DNA of 32,000 bases, taken from contig NZ_CP011041.1 in assembly GCF_002310835.1 (NCBI RefSeq), positions 3,330,001 through 3,362,000 on the forward strand, given 5' to 3'. The translations under genes and the position numbers were made by a program. Under the pieces are notes generated by a model. That model saw nothing but the letters and a program-made list of their open reading frames with translations. It was not told the DNA's origin and searched no databases. Position 1 is the stretch's first letter, and every line of letters begins with the position of its first letter. This document shows positions 1 through 7,169 of this stretch, one piece after another. Origin of the DNA: Pseudoalteromonas tetraodonis (GTDB taxonomy: Bacteria > Pseudomonadota > Gammaproteobacteria > Enterobacterales > Alteromonadaceae).

Positions 1-208
1 GCGTTTGTAGCATAGGCAAAGCAAAGGTTGCTGTTTTACCTGAGCCGGTATTTGCCCCCGCAATTAAATCGCTACCAGCAAGTACATTTGGGATCGCCTT
101 AGCTTGAATTGGCGTAGGTTGGCTATATTGCAAATCAGTTAAACGAGCTTGTAGCTCTGGAATAAGGCCAAGATCGTTAAAAGTACTAGGGCTTGCGGCT
201 GAGGTCAT
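1..208 (-). CDS. DEAD-box ATP-dependent RNA helicase, N-terminal fragment (the gene runs off the window start)
   Basis: Reverse-complement translation from the ATG at 208-206 gives MTSAASPSTFNDLGLIPELQARLTDLQYSQPTPIQAKAIPNVLAGSDLIAGANTGSGKTATFALPMLQT. This carries the Q-motif (F...PTPIQ) and motif I (AxTGSGKT) of DEAD-box helicases. It is absent from the ORF track because it has no stop codon inside the window. Confidence 0.85.
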   Translation of the reverse strand, partial: MTSAASPSTFNDLGLIPELQARLTDLQYSQPTPIQAKAIPNVLAGSDLIAGANTGSGKTATFALPMLQT

Positions 209-469
209 ATTTATTACGGGCTTATTGCTAAAAAGTAGCCTGTAATTTTAGCGTATTTAGCAGCTATTAAGTAGAGGTTAGTGATCTAAATAAAATGCAT
301 CTTGTTTTATTAAACGATGATTCACTGAATATCACTTTGCATTAATACTATTTTTCACATACATCAATCATTACAAATAATAGCTGAACACGCTGTATTA
401 TTGATTTCAACATTTCAAGTGTGTTATTTTTGCGGCCTGATGGATTAATTTTAGATACAAGGAAATGTC

Positions 470-1558
470 ATGTCTCAATTTGATTTATGTTTCAATACGA
501 AAAGTCGAGCAAGTTTACCTTTTAACAGTAATGACTTAGAGCAATTAAAGCGATTTAGAGAGGATAACCCTCATATTATAGGTAACTTTATACCTCAAGG
601 AACCCCGTTCATTTTAAGAACTCCACAATCTGGGGATATGAGTGATTTCAGGCGCTCTCGTCCTGACATAGCTTGTGCACTTGATAATACGGTGTCTTGG
701 CCTGAGCATACAAAGAGAAATGTCAGTACTATAGTAAACAACTTCGGTGATGAAGATGCTTTGGCTATTGCCGCGCTATACGATGCGGAAATATCTCCAT
801 ATGTTGATAAAGTAAGAGGTTTAACGAGTCAACAAGTTCTTGGAAGAAATCTTGATACCTTGACTGCCACTGGCGCAGCACTTACTTCATTAGAGTCAAG
901 CCAAGTGAGATTAAGTACATTTGGAAAAGCGATTCTAAAATACCAAACTAGCTTAATTGAAATTAGAAAAGCATCGCAGAACAAGCAACCTAAATTAGAA
1001 TTAATCAAACTAGGTAACAAAGCTAAGCAAGCCCATCTAGAGTTAAACACTGAATTTAAAAGAGAAATGGTTAAATTCAAAGGCAAAGTGAAAGCATCTG
1101 CACGGGGTAATATCTGGTCTAATGCGCAACGAGGCATAGATACAGCAAGAAGCGCAAGAAGTTCAGCTCCCTTGCAATTAACTTCTTTAGCTAACATACA
1201 GCACTTACGTAAATTAGAGCAAGGATCCAACATTGCAGGAAAGTTTGTTATTGCGATTGATGCTGGTCTTCGAGCTGATAGCGTTTATGACGATTACAAA
1301 GCAGGTAAAGACTGGCAGCGCAGTGCAGTAAGGGAAGCTACAGGTTTTGGTTTAGGGACAGCTGCAGGAGCCTATGTTGGCGGTACGACTATAACCGCAG
1401 GGGTAGGAATAGCAATTGCAATGGGTCCAGTTGGCTGGGTAATTCTTATAGGTGTAGGCTTGGGGGCTGGTTATGCTGCAGGTAAAGTTGGTGATGCTGT
1501 TGGAAAGGGTTTCTCAGGTCTAGTTTATGACCTTAGCTCTAATATAAGCTGGTTTTAA
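470..1558 (+). CDS. Hypothetical protein with a C-terminal glycine-zipper membrane domain (candidate membrane-disrupting toxin)
   Basis: 362-aa ORF with no signal peptide. The C-terminal ~65 aa (nt ~1343-1520) read GFGLGTAAGAYVGGTTITAGVGIAIAMGPVGWVILIGVGLGAGYAAGKVGDAVGKGF, i.e. repeated GxxxG/A glycine-zipper helices. Its stop codon is 3 nt from the start of the next gene. The toxin role is inference. Confidence 0.55.
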   Translation: MSQFDLCFNTKSRASLPFNSNDLEQLKRFREDNPHIIGNFIPQGTPFILRTPQSGDMSDFRRSRPDIACALDNTVSWPEHTKRNVSTIVNNFGDEDALAIAALYDAEISPYVDKVRGLTSQQVLGRNLDTLTATGAALTSLESSQVRLSTFGKAILKYQTSLIEIRKASQNKQPKLELIKLGNKAKQAHLELNTEFKREMVKFKGKVKASARGNIWSNAQRGIDTARSARSSAPLQLTSLANIQHLRKLEQGSNIAGKFVIAIDAGLRADSVYDDYKAGKDWQRSAVREATGFGLGTAAGAYVGGTTITAGVGIAIAMGPVGWVILIGVGLGAGYAAGKVGDAVGKGFSGLVYDLSSNISWF

Positions 1559-1561
1559 GCT

Positions 1562-1924
1562 ATGTATCTTATGCCTGAAACTTTTTACTGGATAATAACT
1601 GGGCCATTTATAATTGCTTTTCTTATTTCAGCTTTGTGCTTCACTCGTATTTCAATGAAACACATAGAGAAGAAAATGCGTGAGGAAGGGATACATGAGC
1701 CACTTTGGGATAAAGGACTGGGCATAAGAGTGAGCATGTATGGCAAAGTAATAAGGCGGCAAAAACCCGCAAAGGCGACGGTTGTTAATGACGAAGCAAT
1801 TTTACGACACGCCAGACCTATCGATTTAATTTTAGCTCGCACAATGCATTACTCTTTCGTAATTATGATGACCCTAGCTGTATATGGTTATTTTGCATAT
1901 GACTTAGGTGAGCGCGCTTATTAA
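1562..1924 (+). CDS. Small two-TM membrane protein, paralog 1 (candidate immunity protein)
   Basis: 120 aa with hydrophobic N- and C-terminal segments. It is translationally coupled to the upstream gene. Its central 68 aa are 67/68 identical to the next gene. Confidence 0.6.
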   Translation: MYLMPETFYWIITGPFIIAFLISALCFTRISMKHIEKKMREEGIHEPLWDKGLGIRVSMYGKVIRRQKPAKATVVNDEAILRHARPIDLILARTMHYSFVIMMTLAVYGYFAYDLGERAY

Positions 1925-2019
1925 TTTTGTGCCTAAATTATAATCGTTAGGTGTTATGTTGATAAATCATCTTGCACCTTAATATATGCTTACTTCTCTG
2001 ATATGAATTGGTTTTAATC

Positions 2020-2382
2020 ATGTACATAATTCCCGAAATCATTTATTTTATAGTGTCGCTTCCAGCATTGATATTTTTCCTCATTTCAACCTTATGCTTT
2101 ACGCGTATTTCAATGAAGCATATTGAGAAAAAAATGCGTGAGGAAGGGATACATGAACCACTTTGGGATAAAGAGCTGGGCATAAGAGTGAGCATGTATG
2201 GCAAAGTAATAAGGCGGCAAAAACCCGCAAAAGCGACGGTTGTTAATGACGAAGCCATTTTGCGACACGCCAGACCTATCGATCTAATTTTAGCTCGCGT
2301 AATGCATATATCATTTATAGGTTTGATGTTCGTAATTGCCTATGGCTACTTTGCCTATGATTTAGGTAATCGCGCAGACTAA
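2020..2382 (+). CDS. Small two-TM membrane protein, paralog 2 (candidate immunity protein)
   Basis: The ORF track starts at a TTG at 2008. I prefer the ATG at 2020 (MYIIPEIIYF...) because it aligns in register with paralog 1 (MYLMPETFYW...). It has the same architecture as paralog 1. Confidence 0.6.
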   Translation: MYIIPEIIYFIVSLPALIFFLISTLCFTRISMKHIEKKMREEGIHEPLWDKELGIRVSMYGKVIRRQKPAKATVVNDEAILRHARPIDLILARVMHISFIGLMFVIAYGYFAYDLGNRAD

Positions 2383-2404
2383 AAAGGCGCACAAAGCGCC
2401 TTTT
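2381..2404. terminator. Bidirectional rho-independent terminator
   Basis: AAAAA-GGCGC-acaaa-GCGCC-TTTT. The GC stem is flanked by an A-run and a T-run. It sits directly after the stop of the 2020-2382 gene and after the end of the glmS remnant on the other strand. Confidence 0.6.
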
Positions 2405-2419
2405 ATATCAAACCTGTCG

Positions 2420-2670
2420 CCTATTGATTTTAAAATTTTTAGGCGACTTTGCCAAATAGCATGGTTCGTCAAAATCTGTGCTTTCATTTCCACTTTGTAG
2501 TGCGACAGTAACTGTAGTGGAATTGTATATACAATAGAGGCAATCACATGGTTTACACGCATGGTCATCTGACTCACAGTATGAGTATTTACCAGTAAAC
2601 TCTTCTTAGTCTGCAATATCATCAGCAAGTAATATTGCTTCTTCTAATTTGTTTGGTAAAACTTTAATCA
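2420..2670 (-). pseudogene. glmS: Decayed copy of the glmS 3' end (about the last 80 codons)
   Basis: Nucleotides 2510-2534 (aactgtagtggaattgtatatacaa) are identical to glmS 29342-29366. The flanking sequence aligns with substitutions and two 6-nt gaps. The minus-strand translation ...[24 protein letters not shown]... parallels the glmS C-terminus ...[30 protein letters not shown].... The terminal [13 protein letters not shown] motif is no longer recognisable. Confidence 0.75.
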
Positions 2671-2790
2671 CCTTAAAAATCACTCTTTGAACCTGAGCCC
2701 TACTCTTGTAATTAATTTAACTGTCACCGTGAGCACTCCAAACTTAAAGAGGCAATCATAAAAAAGCCAACAACTAAGTTGGCAATATTA

Positions 2791-3978
2791 TTAGTTCTTG
2801 CTAAGTTCTGCTTGTAACCTAGCTTTTGTTTCTTTTAAGTAATTTATATAAGGATATGAGTCATCTGCAATGACTAAAGCAGACTCCATCTGTTCAAGTG
2901 CTTGACGAGTATCACCTTGCATTTCATAGCCATAAGACAAGGCTGAAAGCGCATCGACTGATTTGGGGTGATTTTTTATATTGTATTTAAACACCTCAAT
3001 AGCACGGGTAAATTGCTTGCTGCCCGTTAGGTTATAACCGAGTGATCTAACAGCACGGTCTGGTGGAGATATCTGCTCACCCCATTGCTGAGATAATGTT
3101 TTGTAATAAGCATCAATAGAGGCTACATCGTCAGTTAAAGCACTTATAGGCATTTGTTTAGGTAAAAATAAGTTGTAATAGGCATTAAATACGCCAGCAG
3201 CAGCGGTTAAGTTATGCGAGATACCATCAAACGCATCACTAGAGAAGCGTAACCCTCGCACTTTATGCGATTGTATAGTTTGCTGCAATTCATCGTACCT
3301 TTCACGCATTATGCCGGCTTCTTCGCCAATATTGGTGTAAACGTAACTGTTAAGGTCTTTCGTTTTAGCTATAAACGATTTTGTACTTTTTACCATTGCG
3401 CCATAGTTCCACCAAACCGCAGGGCTATAAGCAATATGCGCTTGAAATAGTTCGGGCTTTGCCTGCAAAGCATACAACGCAAATACACCGCCCGCAGAGG
3501 CGCCAGCAATAACCTTATAGTCATGCGTGCGATAGTTTTTATTAACTAAAGGAATGAGCTCTTGTTCAAAGAACGCTAAAAACGCTGTAGCACCGCCCCC
3601 TTCACCAACTGGGCCCTGAGGTTCCTTGTTCACTGTAGGATACATATCTCTAAGTCGATTAGTGTTTTCGATAGCGACAATAATAACCTCAGGCGCACGA
3701 TTATCATTTTGTAAACGCTCAATAACAGCACTAGCAAGCGGTATATTAACCGCGCCATCTAAGCGATATATAACAGGATATACCTTATTTGGCTCAGCTT
3801 GATAACTCTTTGGTAACTGCACAACAACTGTGCGTTCTTCATTTAAAACAGTAGATTTAATAGTGTGCGTGTGCACAGAGTAATCTGTACTTTGCTGTTT
3901 AATGCCAGCTTGTGCAAATGCATTTTGTGAACTAAAAGCAAAAAAGCTAACAAAACAAATAACGGTTAATAAACGCAT
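2791..3978 (-). CDS. Secreted alpha/beta-hydrolase (putative esterase family) with a C-terminal TPR-like region
   Basis: 395 aa. N-terminal signal peptide (MRLLTVICFVSFFAFSSQNAFA). GxSxG nucleophile elbow (GASAGG). PVIYRLDG-type esterase N-terminal motif. TPR-like helical repeats in the last ~90 aa. Confidence 0.75.
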   Translation of the reverse strand: MRLLTVICFVSFFAFSSQNAFAQAGIKQQSTDYSVHTHTIKSTVLNEERTVVVQLPKSYQAEPNKVYPVIYRLDGAVNIPLASAVIERLQNDNRAPEVIIVAIENTNRLRDMYPTVNKEPQGPVGEGGGATAFLAFFEQELIPLVNKNYRTHDYKVIAGASAGGVFALYALQAKPELFQAHIAYSPAVWWNYGAMVKSTKSFIAKTKDLNSYVYTNIGEEAGIMRERYDELQQTIQSHKVRGLRFSSDAFDGISHNLTAAAGVFNAYYNLFLPKQMPISALTDDVASIDAYYKTLSQQWGEQISPPDRAVRSLGYNLTGSKQFTRAIEVFKYNIKNHPKSVDALSALSYGYEMQGDTRQALEQMESALVIADDSYPYINYLKETKARLQAELSKN

Positions 3979-4031
3979 GACTAATCCCTTAGAGAATAAT
4001 AAGTTACTTAAGCTAACAGACTTTCAGGCAC

Positions 4032-4057
4032 AAAAAAAGCGCCTTAAGCGCTTTTTT
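4032..4057. terminator. Bidirectional rho-independent terminator (native glmS terminator, displaced by the transposon)
   Basis: AAAAAAA-GCGC-cttaa-GCGC-TTTTTT. If the transposon is removed, this hairpin lies ~40 nt downstream of the glmS stop on the minus strand. Confidence 0.6.
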
Positions 4058-4067
4058 AACATTAATC

Positions 4068-4072
4068 AAAAC
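4068..4072. repeat. 5-bp target-site duplication (AAAAC), glmS-distal copy
   Basis: AAAAC lies immediately outside the TGTGCACG terminus at 4073. An identical AAAAC lies immediately outside the other terminus (29239-29243). Confidence 0.85.
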
Positions 4073-4216
4073 TGTGCACGTTAAATAATGTTCGAAACTG
4101 AGATGCTCTATAAATGTATGATCTTAAATAGAAAGTACGATCCCAGCCAATTTAAAGTGTACGCTCCCAGTTTCTACTTCTTAAAGTTCGCTACTAGATA
4201 ACTTCGCAACTAAACA
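4073..4216 (+). repeat. glmS-distal transposon end with an array of TnsB-type binding repeats
   Basis: After the terminal TGT there are about five related ~20-mers sharing a core of ...AA(A/T)..GT(T/A)CG(C/A)(T/A)AC.... They are ttaaataatgttcgaaactg (4081), aaatagaaagtacgatccca (4126), atttaaagtgtacgctccca (4150), tcttaaagttcgctactaga (4179) and gataacttcgcaactaaaca (4197). The sites are spread over ~145 bp, which is spacing like Tn7-L. Confidence 0.75.
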
Positions 4217-4241
4217 AAATAGGTATTAATCACTTTTTAGC

Positions 4242-5750
4242 TTAACTATCCGGGTAAAAGCAGCTCAAAAACCTCGATGCAACCTCAGTTATGCGCACAT
4301 CATTCAGCCCAGATTTTCGAAGAACTAACCACCTTGGTAGTGACATGTCGTCGCTATTTTTTAATGTATAAGTTAATCTCCTAATTTGATAGTCAGATAC
4401 ATCTTCTGAATATCTTCGAAGAAACTCAGCGGTTAAAGAAAGTTTATTGAATTGCTTTTCAATTGATGTGCCTTTATCCAAATGGCTCAGGTACCATTTT
4501 TGAGATCTTCTTGGGCCTTCAAGGTCATACAAATACAAATCCCTAATTTCTACTAATTGGCGAATCAGCTGAACATCTCTTTTGTGCCAGTCAACTCGTG
4601 TATTAATGTATGGTATAGGCTGTTTATATCGAAGGTTAACTTTAAGTAGCCAACCTTTATCGTGCCTGTATAGCCAAGCATATATAGCAGCTCCATTACC
4701 TGTACGAGCAATTTTAGTTCCTCTGGTTTTAACCAAATTGTACCAATCTTTTTTATAGCCTTTTAACTCCCTATCAGTGTGAGTACAACCCTTATATGTT
4801 AGTTCTTTTCCTAATTGAATTAACTTTACGCACCTTAAAATTTCAATAATATTCGCAGATTCCCCTTTAAGTGCATAAATAAAAACTAAGTGCTCAAGAT
4901 AGCTGAATGACCTCCGGTGTTTTCTGGTAATGCAGTGTAGCCAACTAGATTCTGATTCACTCGGAACTAGATTCATGGCGCTAAGCCAAAACAAAGGCCA
5001 AGCTTTTAATATCGCTGATTTTATCTTTAGATAGTCGACATAATTACCCTTGCTCATACCAGCTTCGTTCACTAGTTGATGGTAGAAAGCCGTCCATTGG
5101 CTATAGCTTGCTGAAGTTTCAGATCCTTTCTCAAGCAAACCCATTACTTGATTAGCAAGCCAATAAAAACAATGAAACTCAGATATGGTGTTCATTTTAA
5201 TATCGTCGAGCGAGATAATTGATAAGGGTATATATTCATGTCGCTTAGATACTGAGTGATATGGCTGCACTGAAACTAACTTTGCTTTATGAACAAGGCA
5301 GTATTCAACTCCACTAATCTGGTGTACTCGCATCCAGTATGGCTCACCCAAAGTGTTTAATTGCTCGGAATAACATTTAGGACAACACCGAAGGTGATGT
5401 AACTTTGGAATTCTTGAGCAGGCATACCCAGAGCGTAAATGCACCGCTCCATATGATTTACCTTTCAAAAGTTCTAAACATTGTACTCGACGGTCTTCCG
5501 GCATGAATGGCGCATATAATGGAAATAGCGTGTTGTTATAAGTCAATTGTTCGCTTGAACGCAGGGTTAAAGAGTTTGTTACACTCAGAGCATTAAGTCT
5601 GGAAGGGAAGTTAATTGTCGATATTGCTGTTCGAGTATCCATTGCAAGGTCAATCAATCGCTTGGGACTGACCTCACAAAATTGCACTCTCGCTCTCGCT
5701 AAAATGCTGTATAACAGCTCATCTGGATAAGGTTTGGGGAAATTTATCAT
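4242..5750 (-). CDS. tnsD: TnsD/TniQ-family target-selection protein
   Basis: The N-terminus MINFPKPYPDELLYSILARA is the TniQ signature, and a CCCH zinc-finger pattern is present (CCPKCY...C..H). It is the last gene of the tns operon and the element sits at glmS. The ORF track starts at 5786. I prefer the ATG at 5750, which overlaps the tnsC stop by ~30 nt. Confidence 0.85.
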   Translation of the reverse strand: MINFPKPYPDELLYSILARARVQFCEVSPKRLIDLAMDTRTAISTINFPSRLNALSVTNSLTLRSSEQLTYNNTLFPLYAPFMPEDRRVQCLELLKGKSYGAVHLRSGYACSRIPKLHHLRCCPKCYSEQLNTLGEPYWMRVHQISGVEYCLVHKAKLVSVQPYHSVSKRHEYIPLSIISLDDIKMNTISEFHCFYWLANQVMGLLEKGSETSASYSQWTAFYHQLVNEAGMSKGNYVDYLKIKSAILKAWPLFWLSAMNLVPSESESSWLHCITRKHRRSFSYLEHLVFIYALKGESANIIEILRCVKLIQLGKELTYKGCTHTDRELKGYKKDWYNLVKTRGTKIARTGNGAAIYAWLYRHDKGWLLKVNLRYKQPIPYINTRVDWHKRDVQLIRQLVEIRDLYLYDLEGPRRSQKWYLSHLDKGTSIEKQFNKLSLTAEFLRRYSEDVSDYQIRRLTYTLKNSDDMSLPRWLVLRKSGLNDVRITEVASRFLSCFYPDS

Positions 5751-7167
5751 GAAGAGTGAAATCTCCAATTGGCAATACGAGTCCAACTTCCTTGAGCATT
5801 AAGTAATAATTGTCCTCTTTTTGTTGAGATGCTATGTAACGCAAATCATCTTCAGGCAGAGTCTTCCATTGTGATTTTGATATGCGGCTAAAGTCTTTTC
5901 GCTGCATGGATTCCAATTTAGGCATTTTACGACGCTTTGGCTTTGAAGCTGGCAGCGGCAGAGGTTTAGCTGATTTATCGCATCGCTTTTCACGAGCAAT
6001 GTCAGAGAAAAACGAACGGTGCTGGCTAAAGTACTTTTTCTGTACTCTCAACATTAACTCTTTAGAAATGCTTTCCATTCCCGTATTTATAGCCTCATGC
6101 AGGCATCGTGCATAAAAGCGCACTGCTATTCCAACAACACCTTTACATGCGTTAAACCATATTTCTTTAAGTTCTTTATTTAGCTCAATATCCTGCGCTT
6201 TCAAGCAGTTAAACTTCCAAAGCCTAGCTGTAAATCGAGACCAGCGATCAGATAGTTCTTCGTTTTCACTTGCGAAAGCACAAAGAGGATCCCAGGTAAG
6301 CTTTTCCGAACTTATTTCATTAATGTCATAACAATCAACATCACTCGAAAGCATAACAACAGGAATTATGTCAGCAAGACCAGCTAAGTGTTCAAATAAC
6401 AATTCTCGTTTATCGGTAGGCCAATTCTGAGTCGATTCTAATGAGTCAATGATCAAAGTTCCCACATTATAGGTTGTTAGAAGACTCCTCATTTTCATAA
6501 ATGCAGCGCATACACTAGGGGCCACCTTCACTTCTTCATCAAACTTGTCTCTTCCTAAAGCAAGCTCTAAGGCTTCAAGGAACCGGGCGCAATACTCAAA
6601 TAGATTGGAAGCCCCTTTCAACTCAACTTTTAAATACACGACTTGAACTTGAGAAAGCTTCCCATGCCAAACTACTTGCGGATAGAGTGACAAACAACGC
6701 TCAATTGCTGCCGTTTTACCACAGTTCTTCGGCCCTACAATGGCGGTAATCTCTCGGCGCTTTTGTATTGCTGTGTCGTCATGCCAAACATGGGGACTAC
6801 CGCCCATAGCTAACATTAGGTTATTAGATAAGACTCGACCTTTATTCCTAATAGGAGCCTTATTTTGATACCCGCTTTTTATCGTCAAGTCTAAGCGATC
6901 GTACAAATCAACAATCTCAGGCACTGAAACATAAAAACTATCAATTAAAGACTGAATACTACTTTTCCGCCGGCTATCTTTGTCTTCAGCTGTTGCCTTA
7001 ATAACTTGATCATTTTTAAAATGAGCCTTTAATGAGCCCATATCTAATGTATCCCTGAGCACATCCACAAATTGATTACCGGTTGTGTCATCAGTTGAAA
7101 TCGTATCTTCAGCTCGCCAAGCTTTTGGTGGTATCGTTTCAATAGGTAATGTCTGCTGTTTTTTCAT
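5719..7167 (-). CDS. tnsC: TnsC AAA+ transposition regulator
   Basis: 482 aa. Walker A is GPKNCGKT and a Walker-B-like LIIDS follows. It lies between tnsB and tnsD, and its start is 3 nt from the tnsB stop. Confidence 0.85.
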   Translation of the reverse strand: MKKQQTLPIETIPPKAWRAEDTISTDDTTGNQFVDVLRDTLDMGSLKAHFKNDQVIKATAEDKDSRRKSSIQSLIDSFYVSVPEIVDLYDRLDLTIKSGYQNKAPIRNKGRVLSNNLMLAMGGSPHVWHDDTAIQKRREITAIVGPKNCGKTAAIERCLSLYPQVVWHGKLSQVQVVYLKVELKGASNLFEYCARFLEALELALGRDKFDEEVKVAPSVCAAFMKMRSLLTTYNVGTLIIDSLESTQNWPTDKRELLFEHLAGLADIIPVVMLSSDVDCYDINEISSEKLTWDPLCAFASENEELSDRWSRFTARLWKFNCLKAQDIELNKELKEIWFNACKGVVGIAVRFYARCLHEAINTGMESISKELMLRVQKKYFSQHRSFFSDIAREKRCDKSAKPLPLPASKPKRRKMPKLESMQRKDFSRISKSQWKTLPEDDLRYIASQQKEDNYYLMLKEVGLVLPIGDFTLHDKFPQTLSR

Positions 7168-7169
7168 AA

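Noticed and set aside
829-1233. Antisense or embedded ORFs inside longer well-supported genes: 829-1233, 1585-1842, 2043-2258, 3265-3450, 5882-6115, 7586-7777, 8131-8358, 9816-10031, 10433-10618, 11629-11832, 12517-12726, 16816-17070, 18104-18352, 20401-20586, 21611-21955, 22610-22831, 25500-25817, 26019-26231, 26147-26338, 26460-26726, 27066-27371, 27485-27673, 28298-28496, 29612-29800, 31173-31397
   Set aside because: Each lies entirely within, or opposite to, a longer ORF that has clear family motifs. Their compositions are low-complexity or Ser/Leu/Cys-rich, as is typical of antisense frames. None has a recognisable motif or an SD sequence.
2362-2628. 88-aa minus-strand ORF from the ORF track
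   Set aside because: Its translation is simply the decayed glmS C-terminal region ([12 protein letters not shown]...), read through into unrelated sequence. It has no start-site context. I treat it as a pseudogene remnant, not a gene.
3902-4084. 60-aa plus-strand ORF spanning the esterase start, the terminator and the transposon terminus
   Set aside because: It crosses a terminator hairpin, the TSD and the TGT terminus, and it overlaps the esterase signal-peptide codons in antisense. It is almost certainly spurious.
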